A stretch of DNA of 64,000 nucleotides from Eledone cirrhosa (Eukaryota): contig OZ024746.1 of the NCBI GenBank assembly GCA_964016885.1, positions 30,752,001-30,816,000 of the forward strand, given 5' to 3'. Positions within the stretch are counted from its first letter, which is position 1, and the number at the start of each line of letters is the position of its first letter. The notes below the pieces were generated by a model. It worked only from the letters and a program-made list of their open reading frames with translations. It was not told where the DNA came from and searched no databases. The translations under genes were made by a program, and so were the position numbers. Below are positions 25,701 through 43,175 of the stretch, in pieces.

Positions 25701-27055
25701 ACACAGAGGAAGCAACATATTTGTTTTTTTATTTTCTTTCATTTTATTTTATTCGTCGTAATTTCTGGATAACTTATTTTTTGTTTAGAATGTTGAATTA
25801 TTCTACCTGTTAGCATTACCTGTCTATCTCCCTGTATAATGTCTGTCTAAATATTCTACCTGTTAATGTTACCTGTCTATCTCCTCATATCATTTACATT
25901 TCTCATCACCAGGTGGTTACGACTTTGTTTACGAGCCAAGTGGAATAAGAGCGTTCCCTATGCTATTGACTTTGTTAATTGGCAAGGTCGGCTGAAATTT
26001 CTCAAACCAATTTACACGTAAATATCACTTTATAATAATAATAATAATGAAATTATTGTGTACAGTGCTCAGGTGCACTACAACTCATCAAAGGTGCATG
26101 TATAGTACATAGAATAATGTACAAATGTCAGGAAAATGAACAGTGTACGAGTCATGATATAATAACAATAACAATAATGAAATATTGTGTACAGTGCCCA
26201 GGTGCACCACAACTCATCAAAAAAGTGCATGTACAGTACATAGGGCAATGCACAAACATCAGTAAAATGAACAGTGCACGAGTCATGATACACACGTGTG
26301 CATGTGTATGGAAGGGGTACATCAGGTGTAGTTTTGGCGTATTTCGGGACCACATATATATATATATATATATTCCTCTTTCTCTCTTTTTCTCTCTATC
26401 ACGCTCTCTCTCTCTCTCTCTCTCATGTAGTTAAAGAGTTTGTCTTATAATCATAAGTTTGATTCCTTATGGTGAGTTTTGTCCTTGAGCGAGGCTCTTT
26501 ATTCATGTTGCTCCAGTCCAGTCAGCTGACAGAAACGTGTTGTGCCTGTAAGTGAAGGACCAGCCTTGTCACACTGAGAACTACATGTGGAGTATGTAAG
26601 AACATGAGCAGGCTATTCTGTTGGTCTTACATCTGTAACATTCATCAGTGGAACTGATGGAGGTCCAACACACGCTTACACACACACATACATGTGCACA
26701 CAAATACACACACACACACATATATACATACACACACACATACATACACACACTTCAAACACACACACATGGTGTAATTTAAAATGATATAATTTCTCTC
26801 ACTCTTTCTCTCTGACTTCAATTCTTTAAACTGTTAATTAAATCAACAGTAATTATTGTAATTAACACACTATTGGAACTCTGTATACAGATACTGTAAT
26901 AAACTTAGTTAATTAACCCCTCTCACTCTCATTCCAGATTGTTATATGGATGGGAAGACTCCAGACAGTTAGCAATTGACAACTTCCAAGCCCACAAAGA
27001 CGAGATGCACAACTTAACTGTTAGAATGATATCTAAAGTTTTAAAACTTACATAA
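11946..27055 (+). CDS. LTA4H: Leukotriene A4 hydrolase / M1 zinc aminopeptidase, 5'-partial. 14 coding exons: 11946-12057, 13277-13345, 14167-14324, 15923-15995, 17365-17505, 18064-18158, 18827-18941, 19427-19571, 20141-20244, 21127-21203, 22183-22333, 25109-25191, 25913-26017, 26938-27055
   Basis: All exons have AG/GT borders and compatible phases (1546 nt, 514 aa + TAA). The peptide contains [47 protein letters not shown] (GXMEN), HEISH-x18-E zinc motif (WLNEG), SSVPYEKG (catalytic Tyr) and QGRLKF, colinear with human LTA4H as recalled. Confidence 0.96.
12145..12367. mobile_element. piggyBac-type non-autonomous MITE
   Basis: TTAA|CCCTTTAGCATT ... AATGCCAAAGGG|TTAA (TTAA TSD plus CCCTT TIR); partial related copy at ~2227-2400. 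Confidence 0.8.
14690..15120. repeat. ~40-bp degenerate tandem repeat derived from the RTE-like tail; similar arrays at 16040-16280 and inverted at 49210-49510
   Basis: Unit gtgctggtgccatgataaaatacacccagtacactctgtaaagtg, running into the ggttg..attaggaagggcat tail motif. Confidence 0.75.
17365..17505 (+). CDS. LTA4H: LTA4H exon with the GGMEN exopeptidase motif
   Basis: ttag|ACAGAA...CTCTTG|gtaaag; [47 protein letters not shown]. Confidence 0.97.
18064..18158 (+). CDS. LTA4H: LTA4H exon with the HEXXH zinc-binding motif
   Basis: tag|GCTGGA...TTCTG|gtaag; [32 protein letters not shown]. Confidence 0.97.
19890..20120. repeat. 20-bp tandem repeat immediately upstream of an LTA4H acceptor
   Basis: Unit gacttatcatagaagcctaa/gag, ~11 copies. 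Confidence 0.85.
22478..24065. repeat. 15-bp minisatellite, ~105 copies, in an LTA4H intron
   Basis: Unit ATCATTATCAAC(A/G)CC. Confidence 0.98.
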
Positions 27056-27719
27056 TTATTGTAAAAATACTTGTTTTTATTGTTTTGTTTTTAGGGTTAT
27101 TTTTAATTCTTTGATCCCCCCCTCCCATACACACACTTTTGTTTTACTTTACCAAAGTAAAATTTTCCCAAGGTTTGACCGAAAAAAAATAATTATAATA
27201 ATTATAATTTTAATTTTAATGATACAATTTTTTATGTGAAGACTTAAGTTAGAATTTGTTGTTTTGAACGAACCTCCTGACATTTTTTAAAGAGTCCTGA
27301 TACTTCACAGTAATAGAAGTGTTGCTTATAATTCCTGAAACAACTATTATCTGGCATTCCAACAGCTGACTCAGTAAAACACTCTCTTAAGGATGTGGTG
27401 GAATTTCCACTAAATTCTCGCGTAATCTAGCAAACATTGTATAAACTATTTCCTTTAATCTGGTGGTAAATTGGCAGAGTTGTTAGAGTGTCAGATTAAA
27501 TGATTTAGTATTTGTGCCAGCTCTCTACACACTGAGATAAAATCCTGCCAACGTCAATTTTTATTCATCCTGGGGATGTGGAGGAGTTGATAAATAAAGT
27601 ACTCATTTATTGGTGGGGGACTAGTAGAATTGTTGAAAACTTGGACAAGAAACTTTAGTTTCAGTTCTAGTTCTGTGCATTCTGAGTTCAAATGCCACCT
27701 TCTGTTAGTAGAAAAAATA

Positions 27720-27995
27720 GTGAGACTACTGCCAGGAGTTGAACTAGCAGATAGTATCAGCAATGGAAACATTGTTTCCTTGGTCTAATCTGACAATCAA
27801 CTCCTTTACTCTACCAGGAGTTGTGACAGACAGTATCAGTAATAGAAAGACTAATGGAAACACTGTTTCCTTGATGTGATCTGACAATGAACTCCTTTCT
27901 TCTGGCAGTATTTGTGACCAACAGATAGTTTCAGCAATGGAAGGACCAATGGAAACATTGTTTCCTTTGTCTGATCTGATGATCAGCTCCTTTCT
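27720..27995. repeat. ~84-bp tandem repeat; the same family occurs at 20535-20745
   Basis: Unit aatggaaacattgtttccttggtctga...ctgccagcagttgtgacagacagtatcagc. Confidence 0.8.
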
Positions 27996-30010
27996 TTTTC
28001 CTTTCTTAATCTGTTTTACCATTTGCAGTTCAAAGTAGAATTCTGTTGTTGTATCTACAGGAATCTTACAAATGGCAGGAGTTTTATTATTATTGGCCAG
28101 AATAAATTGGTAAGCTACACTGTGTTACTATTATATATCTTAAGACATGGTGATCCCTATATAACAAATCATTTGTATATTTTTATATAAGATAGGTACC
28201 ATGGTGTGGTGTTACTGTCACACAAGTCTGTACTTAAAAGTTCACTTCCCTTTTTGGTATAACATGATTATCAAAACTTCTCTTTTATTAACTCCACCAC
28301 TTCACACACTTGGTTTAAGACTTCACAGGATTTATAAGAAGTTGCTATATTACATAGACACAATAAACAGATATCAAATTAAGAAAGTAAATAAAGGTGA
28401 CAGAATATATGTTTCTGGGGAGAATATAAGTTAACTTGTATTTGAAACAAAACTTCTATTGTAAAACCCATATTTTATATATGTGCATATATATATATAT
28501 TCAGTAACTTTGTTCTTCATTACTGGAGGTGGCCCCAATGCGAGCACTTGATGCCATAGTAAAATGTATATATGAAGTATGATGTAGCAAAGTTTCGCTA
28601 TTAAATATTTTTATTGTATATTGACTGTTACATATGTTTCACAGATGATTGGCTCAAGACCCTCATCTATGTGATAGACCTGATGCCAGCATCAATGTGG
28701 ATCTCAAGTCAATCATCTGTGAAACATGTAACAGTCGATATACAATCAAAACATTTTAAAGTGAAACTTTGTTATATCATACTTTATATATATGCTATTA
28801 TAAACTTGTGGTCCTCTAACACAAGTGTAACTGATGTTACACACATATATAATGTGTATATATGTAATGTATATCTTGGATGTTTTAATTTCCTATATCA
28901 ATGACAACATCAAAGAGATGTTCTTTCTCTCCTTAGCTTCCAATTTTTTTCTGCCACAGCTGTAATAAAACATGAAATTTTCACAACTAAAATGTTATTT
29001 CCATATCAATTAACAAACAAAAGTGAAATATTTTTTCTATGGCTATTTACAGTTTTTTTTACAAAATAAACTTGCTATATCACATTTTGTTGTTTTTTTT
29101 CTTAATCACAGTGTTTTTAAACAAAATTCAAAATGTTTTGGGTATGCTATCTAAGCTTTAAGACATGTATTTAAATATATATATATATATCTTCTATCTG
29201 CTCATAGTGGAATTGAAGTTGACAAAATGATTTTATAGAACCAGATGTGCTGTGAGTGGTAATATAACTTAACTCTTTATAATTCTCTTTTAATGGAGAA
29301 AAGCACATTTTAAGAAATTCAAACTATTTTTATACATACATACTTACAGCTATATATATATATATTTACATTGTTTTTTTTTTCCCCCTTACTAAACATT
29401 CCAGTATACTCTGTTAAGTCTTCTGCCAAAAATGCCTTTCATATCCTTGCTTAAACTCTGTGTATGATACGTAGCAGGCACATTTTTAAAGGCTTCCAAC
29501 AAGAAACTTTTTATTATTTAAAAAAAAAGCGAAAGTGGAAATAAACATAAATCTTGTACTCTGCAAATAAATTTAGTTTGTTGTTTTACATCCATTTTCT
29601 TTTCATGTATGCATGAGTCAGATGGGTTAACCCTTTTGTTACCATATTTCTAATGAAAGACACTGCCTATTGTTTTTTAATATTTTGGAAATATTAAGTG
29701 AAATAACTTTCTCATTATTAAACTGGTGTTTGGGACATAACTTAAAGGTTCTTACATAAAATTATGATGGAAAGTTTTTAGATGAAAATACAGTTTGATA
29801 TCATAGAACTATGAACACTTTCTGGTGGTTTGTTATCTAGAGGGTTAAATATTTTTATTTTGGTGCAGGCATGGTTGCATGGTTAAGGTGGTTACTTTGA
29901 AACCTTGTCATTTTGTGATTAGTTTCATTGCATAACCATATAATTGGCTGAGTATTCCACAGACATGTGTACTCATAACATAATTCTCAGGGAGATTCAG
30001 TGTAATACAG

Positions 30011-31405
30011 TGGTGGGCTCTTAGAAAACTAGGAGTAGATGAATGGCTTGTGAAAGCGGTACAAGCCATGTATAGGGGAGCAGTCAGCAAAGTTAGGATT
30101 AGCAATGAGTATAGCGAGGAATTTAGCGTACAGGTTGGGGTCCACCAGGGCTCTGTTCTTAGCCCCCTCCTGTTCATCATAGTCCTGCAGGCAATAACGG
30201 AGGAGTTTAAGACCGGATGCCCATGGGAACTCCTGTATGCTGATGACCTCGCACTTATAGCTGAATCTATGGTAGAACTAGAGAAGAAATTCCAAACTTG
30301 GAAGCAGGGATTAGAAAGAAAGGGTCTCAAAATCAACATGACAAAGACTAAGGTCCTTGTAAGTAGACGAGAAAACAGAACCCAGATCCCCTCAGGGAAA
30401 TGGCCTTGCTCAGTAGGTAGGAACTCCATTCTCTGCCCCAAATGCAAACAGTGGGTACACAAGAGATGTAGCGGGATCTCAGGAAGCTTAATTAAGAATG
30501 TAGGCGTCACATGCAGCAGCTGTGCTGGGACAGCAAGCAGGAAATAAGTACCACCAATCTCTGGGAGGGCTCTGTAGACACAGTAGACAGCTTCTGCTAC
30601 CTAGGTGACCGAATTAGCAGCGGAGGTGGGTGTTCAGAAAGTGCAATAACTAGGGTAAGAACGGGATGGAAGAAGTTTAGGGAACTACTACCACTGTCAG
30701 CTGCAAAAGGCTTCTCCCTCAAAATGAAAGGCAGACTGTATGATGCGTGTATCCGAACAGTGATGTTGCATGGTAGTGAGAGCTGGGCGCTGAAGGTGGA
30801 AGACTTACGTAGATTAGAGAGAAACGAAGCCTGCATGCTCCGATTGATGTGTAACTAATGTACGCGAACGACAAAGCATAAATGAATTGAGAGAGAGCCT
30901 GAGCATAAGAGGAATCAAATGCTGTGTGCAGGAGAGGCGGTTGCGCTGGTATCGACATGTGATGCGTATGAAGGATGACAGCTGCATAAAAAGGTGCAGA
31001 GCACTAGAAGTCGATGGAAACAGCGGAGTGGGGAGACCCAAGATGACCTGGGATGAGGTGATAAAAGCCGACCTTACCCAATTACACCTTTCAAGGGCGA
31101 TGACACATGACCGTGACCTCTGGCGTCACGCAGTAATACAGAGTACCCGACCTCCCATGGGTACACGCTGAAGCATATAGACAATATGCCCCCACACCCC
31201 ACACCGCAAGGTGGTCGTGGAGGTGCCACGGCAAAAAAGCACCCAGCACTCACTATAAATGAGGTTGGTGTTAGGAAGGGCATCCAGCTGTAAAAATCAA
31301 GCCAAATCAGTTCCTGTATGAGCAAGGCATGGTCAGCCGACCAGGCACTGCCCACAACAGGACAACCCGTCTAACCCATGCTAGCGTGGAAGAACGGACG
31401 TATGA
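30011..31405 (+). mobile_element. 5'-truncated RTE/RTE-X LINE with frameshifts, nested in an older short repeat
   Basis: GVHQGSVLSPLLF, LLYADD, YLGD, RRLRWY, GVGRPKMTW in three shifted frames; the host repeat (ggagattcagtgtaatacag|...|gtgacaaggccagccctttt) is split by it and appears uninterrupted at ~51891-51945. Confidence 0.88.
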
Positions 31406-33187
31406 CGGTGACAAGGCCAGCCCTTTTAATTACTGGTTCAGTCATCTTCTCTATTCTGCTCGGGGCGGCCAGCATGCTTGTCCTCATTTGCTCACAATAG
31501 TGAGGGATGGGGATAGCGGGAGAGAAGGAGACAGTGGCAGTTTGGTTCTTTTGTATTCGGACCTGGTATATATATGTTTATATAACTATACTTTAGTTTA
31601 AAAAAATATATTTTTCTAATTCAAAATTCTTGTTAAACATTGTCTTCAATATTTTCATAACATTTCTAATGAATCGGTCGCTCTCCGACAGGTTTGCAGT
31701 CGATCCCGTGGCAGTGGGGACTTCTAGTGTCGTTGACCCTAGGGCCACCTCCCTGCTAATCACCATCGGCACAGAGATGGCTACACGTAGATGTGAGCCT
31801 CGCGAGTTAGAATGGCTATTCCAGCGCGACTCCCTCACCAACCTCCGAAGAAACGCCTTCTCTATTCTGCTCGCCGCGGCCGCGTAACGCAAATTCGTGT
31901 AATTCAAGTTTGATTTTCTGATAAATAAAAAAAAATAAAAACTACACGCGTTATAGTTCGTCATTCACACAAAGTGAATATTTAATAGTTTTTCAAGAGG
32001 CGTTAAAGCAAATTCGCGTTAAAGCAAGTTCGCTTAAAAAGCGAACAGACTATATTACAACAGGGGTAATTAATTGATTCATAACTAGTTGATTGTATAG
32101 TTGTATAGCTTCTTTGTGTAACACCATGAGATGAGGACAAAACACCGGCTTTATAGGCCTTTAGTTAGTGTATGTGCGTGGTACGTGTGTGTGTGTTTCT
32201 GTGTGTCTTTGTATATATGCCTGTGCGCTTGTCTGTGTCGGGGGTGGGGTAGTACTTAGTAGCCACCTAATCCTATGAATTTTCGTTAATTTTTTGTATG
32301 AATATATAAATAGAAAGCTTGTTGTTGGGCTTCTGACAACTTATGATGCAGTTGATCGAACAGTCTGCACTTGAAATTAACGTGCAAGTAGCTGAGCATT
32401 CCATATACACGTGTGTTTTTAATGAAGTTCTCAGGGAGATTCAGCGTGACACAAATAAACTGATATAAATCAATGCGATGTAGTTTATGGTTTTCTTCCA
32501 TTCCACATCATTTCTTTGTTTCAAATATATAGCTTACTTCCATTTTCCTTTCCCAAATTGTGTTACAAAATATATGTAATTTAATGATGAATGTATATTT
32601 AAGTCTCGTTGGCATTAATTTCGTTTCGTTGCTTTGTAAATAACATATTGCGATAAAAACAAAAGTTTACATAAGTTTGTTCCCTTGGAAAATAACTGTT
32701 TCTTATCTCCCTTAAATAAAATGTTGCTTGAAAAACCTGTCTGTCGTAAATCACTCACACATAAACTCATTCTTTGTATCTTTCTCTTTCTCACTCATGG
32801 ACACGCACGCTCACATGTACGCACACACTAACTATCCTAGTTAAATAATTAGTTGACCTTATGTTGGGACTGGTAACACAATGAATACAAGTGTTTCTCA
32901 CTCTTTGGAAGAGATGCAGGATTTTGAAAATCGCAGTCAAACTTTATTATAAACATTGTTTCATTATCTATCTATCTCTTGGGTGGTGGATTGGCAGTAT
33001 CAGTAGAGGGTCGGACGCCATGCTTTCCAGCATAGTTACGTCCCTTTACGATCTGAGTTCAAATCCTGCCGAGGTTGATTTTGCCCTTCATCCTTACGGG
33101 GTCGATAAAATAAAGTACCAGTAATGCACTGGGTAATTGCTGGCCTTGTGCCTAAAGTAGAAACAATTATCTATCTATCTCTTTCTT

Positions 33188-33218
<31 letters not shown>

Positions 33219-33239
33219 GTATATATATAAAGCGGGTAA

Positions 33240-34125
33240 AATTCCCGAGATCCATGGAGAGTTCTCGCCAGCGTTCTCTGTCCCTCATCATCACTCGACC
33301 TTGGTCGCCCTCTTCTAGTGTGTCCGTGCAGGGGCTCCCACAGGAACACTGAGTGCAGTGTCAAATCTGAATGTTAGTGAGCATGTCCAACTAACCTCAG
33401 TCTCCTCTGTGTTACTTTCTAGCTGACCTTTTGGAGGCTCCCGTACAGCTCTTCATCCTCAGTGTATACTGATTAATGTTCAGAGCCATCCTCAGCATTC
33501 TCGTGTAGCACCCATCCACCATCTGAGTGAGTTTCTTGGTCAGTGTCCAAGTCTCAGACCCGTACAGTAGCACAGACGCGACTGTAGCAACCAGGAGACG
33601 GATCTTCAGGTCTTACGAAGTTCCGACTTCCACACCGATCTCAAACTGTGGTACGCCGCCCAGGCTTTGCTCTTCCTCTCAATCACATCATCCTCTGTGT
33701 TCCCAATCTTTGCTCCCAGATACAGTAAGTCTTCAATCAAATCTAGCGGCTTCCCGCCCACATTCATAATCTTCTCTGGCTTCATAATGTTCTCTACCAG
33801 ATACTTCGTCTTAATTTCATTCATTCTCAGTCCCACAGTCTCCACCTCCTGCACCAATGCCTCTGCCTCATTCACTGTGTTTGCTCTTCTTAACTCTGAA
33901 ACAGTGTTACAGTAAAGACAGAATCCTGGTGTTTCTCCAGCACAAGACGCATACAATAGTCCACTGCGATGATAAAAAGGTAGGAAGCCAATGTATCTCC
34001 TTGGAGCACTCCAGCCAGTATTTCAAAGAACTCCGTCATCCCATCAGGTGTAATGACTTTGGTGTTGGTGTAGCGCAATAATATCAGGTCACTATCTTCT
34101 TGGGGATTCCATAAGCCTGTAAGAT
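33240..34125 (-). mobile_element. Degenerate RTE-like LINE RT fragment
   Basis: Minus-strand ORF pieces GVLQGDTLASYLFII, VGLRMNEIKTK, LYLGAKI, LWEPLHGHTRRGRP. Confidence 0.75.
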
Positions 34126-34621
34126 CTTCATCAGTTAATTTTGGACAAATCACAGAGGCAATAAACATAAATGAACTCCAACCAAAATTAGATAGAAAAT
34201 ATGAATGGAATAGCAACATCACAACTTACAATTAAGAACAAAATGAAAACACACACACACAGAACAAACAACCAACCAGTAACATGTAAATAAACAAATA
34301 AATAAACAAATATAAACACACACAGACACCCGGATGTAACACATGCGCAAACTAAGAACACAACACACAAAAACAAGATGGCATAGGACAGAACAAAGGA
34401 GAAGTACAAAAACAAAGAAAAGAATCCCCAGTCACTGAAGAGGTCACAGAATGTGTGACGAAAGAACTTTGACAATTTATGAACAACCGTCCGGTTGTGG
34501 AACCAACCTACCAACCGGAAATTTATAAATTTAATTTATAATTAATTGGAGTAAAGCAAATGGTGCGTGTGTTTCTTATTGGCAACATGACCCTCCCAAA
34601 GCATAACAATATATATATATA

Positions 34622-34736
<115 letters not shown>

Positions 34737-34741
34737 TATAC

Positions 34742-34772
<31 letters not shown>

Positions 34773-34829
34773 CTGAATCAGTCACTGTGCACAACAAACC
34801 CAATGACCTTATATTAGTTGGGCTCTATA

Positions 34830-35760
34830 TGCCACGCGAAACATACGCAGGCTATATTCCCGAAAACTTTCTGTCCCAGTCCGTTGTCCCAGTCTTCAAA
34901 AGGGGAAATAAGTCCCTTGCAGTGAACTACCGTCCGATCTCACTAACCTCTCATATCATCAAGGAATTTGAGAGGATGGTGAGATCAAGAATAACCCACT
35001 TTCTTGAAAGCAACGGCCTGACATTACTGACATCATCAAGCACAGCAACATAAGATCTTCGCAAATGATTCCAAGCTCCAAAGGGTCATCAATGAGGTGG
35101 GTGACCGGACTTGCCTTCAGTCAGACCTACTGGCTGTTATCCAATGGGCAGAAAAGAATAATATACTGTTGAATGAGGATAAATTTGAATTAATCCACTT
35201 TGGAAAAAAGTATGCCCTGAAACTACCATACTCTCTTCCTTCGGGTGAAACTCTCGTGGCATCCAACAACATCAGAGACCTGGGAGTAATTGTGGACAAC
35301 AACATAAGCTGGGCCATTCATATAAACAGCAAAGTTGACATGGCCTGCAGAATGTGTTCCTGGATTCTCAGAACCTTCCAGTCGAGAGATATCCGCACTG
35401 TTATCATTCTCTTCTCCACTTTTGCCCGACCCCACCTTGAATATTGTTTTCCACTGTGGTCTCCCCACACGAAACAAAGTATCAGGCCCCGTGCTATCCG
35501 CCACGACAAAAATCTCACTCGCATCTCATAACAACCATACGGCACAATTATTTCATCTCAATTGGCCCTGCTCTCTTTAACATTACACCAAAACACATTA
35601 AAACGGAAACAGACCCCATCAAGTTCAAGAAATCTTTGGACAAATTCCTTCAAGAAATCCCGGATATGCCTCCGTAAACAATAACTCTCTGCTCGAGTGG
35701 GCCATGGTGCCCAAACCCTGATTTGTAAAACTTCGCCAGGTGGTGCTATTAAGCTATCAA
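34830..35760 (+). mobile_element. Internally deleted CR1/L2-type LINE fragment
   Basis: [54 protein letters not shown]. Confidence 0.8.
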
Positions 35761-35784
35761 AGTTATATATATATATATAGGAAA

Positions 35785-36294
35785 AGTACAACCACCACCT
35801 CCGCTAGCACTAACACCACCGCTACCACTAACATAATCACTAACACAAACACAAACACATATTCTAGTCTTCTTCAAATCTACTTTAAATTTATATATTA
35901 CTTTCTAGCCCTGTAATCTACACACATTAATAAGTATCTCTATGAAATCGCAATAAAAAATATGAATTATTATGAAAGTTATGAAGAAAATAAATGATGT
36001 TTCCATATTGGAAAACTCAGGTAAATATCACGGTTAAAGGGAGGTAATTTAGAAACTTTTAACACTACTTACTGACGTCTAAATAGATAACAAAAATGCT
36101 AGAAACGGCAGCCGAAAATTGTAATTTATATAAATTTATATAAAGATGTAATCATACATCTTATTATATTTCAAGAAAATGGTAGACACAACAGCCAAAT
36201 CCCCTTCAAATCATACATCTTATTATATTTCATAATGATATTATTATATTTCATAACGAAGTCAAAATATTTCAATATATCTTCAAGTAAACGT

Positions 36295-36368
<74 letters not shown>

Positions 36369-36397
36369 TGAAGGAAAAGGTCAAAACGGATACAAAA
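35785..36397 (+). repeat. ~600-bp local direct duplication; second copy at 41611-42722, interrupted by an RTE tail
   Basis: agtacaaccaccacctccgctagcac...cttcaag(t/c)aaacg(CA)n...gtgaaggaaa.gtcaaaacggatacaaaa present twice. Confidence 0.9.
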
Positions 36398-36675
36398 CGT
36401 CTTATTAGTTTCACGCTTTATATGGAAAGGGGAAAAGAAACTTCGACATTTTATATGTGTGTGTTTATTTCTTCGCCAGCAAATATCGTCTGTCTTCTAT
36501 CAATTTTGTCAACTTCAATGGCGGCTTACTTTATCCGTCTCTTCAAAGAAAAATTAAACTCTGTATTACGGTACACACATACACAATCCAGCTTTGTAAA
36601 ATACTGGGAACACCAGTGAAATCATTTTTTCTGTTGTCATAGTCTATGTTAATACTAGCAACGAAATCTACCTCA

Positions 36676-36725
<50 letters not shown>

Positions 36726-37172
36726 GATCTAAGCTGCCGCGGGTGTAACTGGACATTTGGAAACTCTGCTTCTTAGAATCGAGACATATCTGAGGACCAT
36801 GCGATTTGAGAGTCAGGTTCGATCATAACATCGATCGTGCCTCGAGCACTCAATTTCATAGCCATGTCAGTAGAATGAACACTTCATTCTTGCTCTTGCG
36901 TTGGCATATGAACAGAACTGCAGACACTAATGTTTCTGGCTATAAAATTGAGGCTTGTTTGCATAATTGCAAACGAATCGAATGTTATTATTAATATTCG
37001 ATATATATATATATCAGATAGGGTATGGTTAAAAACCAGGGGGATCATAGCCCATCAGAGTACTCCACATTTGGGGTAGTAGAGTGGGTAATATGAAAAG
37101 ATTCAGGACTCTGATGGATCTAGCTGTCGAAACGGCCGGAACTCAGCCGTCGGGGTCCTGAATCTTTTCATG

Positions 37173-37268
<96 letters not shown>

Positions 37269-37358
37269 TGAAATCTTCAAGCTTTAGGTTACTCAGCTAA
37301 GAATATACCTTAAGGAAAAGAAGCTTGTGAAGTGTTCTTTTTAGATTGCTTTATTGAG

Positions 37359-41387
<4,029 letters not shown>

Positions 41388-41521
41388 TGAAATCTTCAAG
41401 CTTTAGGTTACTCAGCTAAGAATATACCTTAAGGAAAAGAAGCTTGTGAAGTGTTCTTTTTAGATTGCTTTATTGAGATCTACCCATTAGTGATTTTATT
41501 TAAACCCCCCCCCCCTCTCTC

Positions 41522-41554
<33 letters not shown>

Positions 41555-42120
41555 CTGGGTGTGTGTCTGTATGTGTGTGTGTGTGTGTATGTGTGTATGT
41601 GGGGGGGGGGAGTACAACCACCACCTCCGCTAGCACTAACACCACCGCTACCACTAACATAATCACTAACACAAACACTAACACATATTCTAGTCTTCTT
41701 CAAATCTACTTTAAATTTATATATTACTTTCTAGCCCTGTAATCTACACACATTAATAAGTATCTCTATGAAATCTCAATAAAAAATATGAATTATTATG
41801 AAAGTTATGAAGAAAATAAATGATGTTTCCATATTGGAAAACGCAGGTAAATATCACGATGAAAGGGAGGTAGTTTAGAAACTTTTAACACACGGTCAAA
41901 GGGAGGTAATTTAGAAATTGTTAACACTACTTATTGACGTCTAAATAGTTAACAAAAATGCTAGAAACGGCAGCCGAACATTGAAATTTATATAAATTTA
42001 TATAAAGATGTAATACATCTTATTATATTTCAGAATGATACAAAGAGAACCAAAATCTCCCTTTTGTTTATTTTAATGTTGAACGAAGTCAAAATATTTC
42101 AATATATCTTCAAGCAAACG

Positions 42121-42177
<57 letters not shown>

Positions 42178-42722
42178 AACCTGGGACGACTTGATAAATT
42201 CAGACCTCACACACTTACACCTCTCCAAGACAATGTCACTGGACCGAGATCTTTGGCGCTTCACAGTAATACAGAAGACCCGCCTTGCCTAAGTACAAAG
42301 CGAAACCTACAGTCAGTAGGTACCGCTAACAAAAATACACCCCTGTCCCACTACCCCCACCCCATCCACACCACCCCCTTCAACGTGAAGTTATGTTGGT
42401 ACCACAATATCCAGTCCGAAACAAATGAGGTTGTGTAGGTGTCACGACAAAAAAACACACAGTCCACGCTGTAATGTGGCCGTGTAGGTAACACGGTAAA
42501 AACCTCCCAGTCCACACTGTAAACGTGGTTGGTGTTAGGAAGGGCATCCAGCCGTAGAAAACCCGCCAGACAGTCCTATACGAGCAGGACAACCAATCTG
42601 GCCTCAAGTGGGAAAACTCCCGTCCAAACCCATGCAAGCGTGGAAGGTGGACGTTAAACGATGATGGTGATATATATATATATATATATATAGGTGAAGG
42701 AAACGTCAAAACGGATACAAAA

Positions 42723-43175
42723 GTCAGCCGCTCTCCAGCTATCTATTTAAGGCTGTACATGGCTATGGTGCGGCCACACTTAGAATTTGCATCACCAGTC
42801 TGGAACCCCTATCTTGCTCAGAACATTGACCGCCTGGAAACTGTTCAGAGACGTGCAACCAAGCGAATACCCTCCATCAGGCATCTACCATACTCTGAGC
42901 GCCTTGCTTCCCTGGGCATGGATACATTGAAGCTCCGACGCCTGGCAACTGACTTGGTAAACACCCACAAAATGATTAACCATCTTGCCAACAACAACCC
43001 TGAGTACCTTTTTGATTTCCATGTGTCTAACACACGTGGGCATGCCCACAAAGTCAGAAAACAGCACAGCTCCTATGACTTTCAGAGTTGCTGAAGCATG
43101 GAACAAACTACCTGCATCGGTTGTTAGCTGTCGAGACACTGCATCCTTTAAAGCCTCCATGCTTCCCGAGATCTG
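42723..43175 (+). mobile_element. CR1-type LINE 3' fragment; a related tail is inverted at ~16925-17170
   Basis: VRPHLEFASPVWNPY..LETVQRRATK..YSERL..L..RR..DL..TRGH..WNKLP. Confidence 0.82.

Noticed and set aside
31885-32055. CpG-rich gcgttaaagcaa repeats ending ...gaacagactata
   Set aside because: Probably one end of a pogo/Tigger-like MITE, but the matching TIR was not found, so it is not called
37105-37155. CTGATGG...GAAAC...GTC read as an intact hammerhead
   Set aside because: The CT of the apparent core pairs within the outer stem and is explained by C-to-T decay of CCCCGACGG seen in the 6232 copy; stem II is missing
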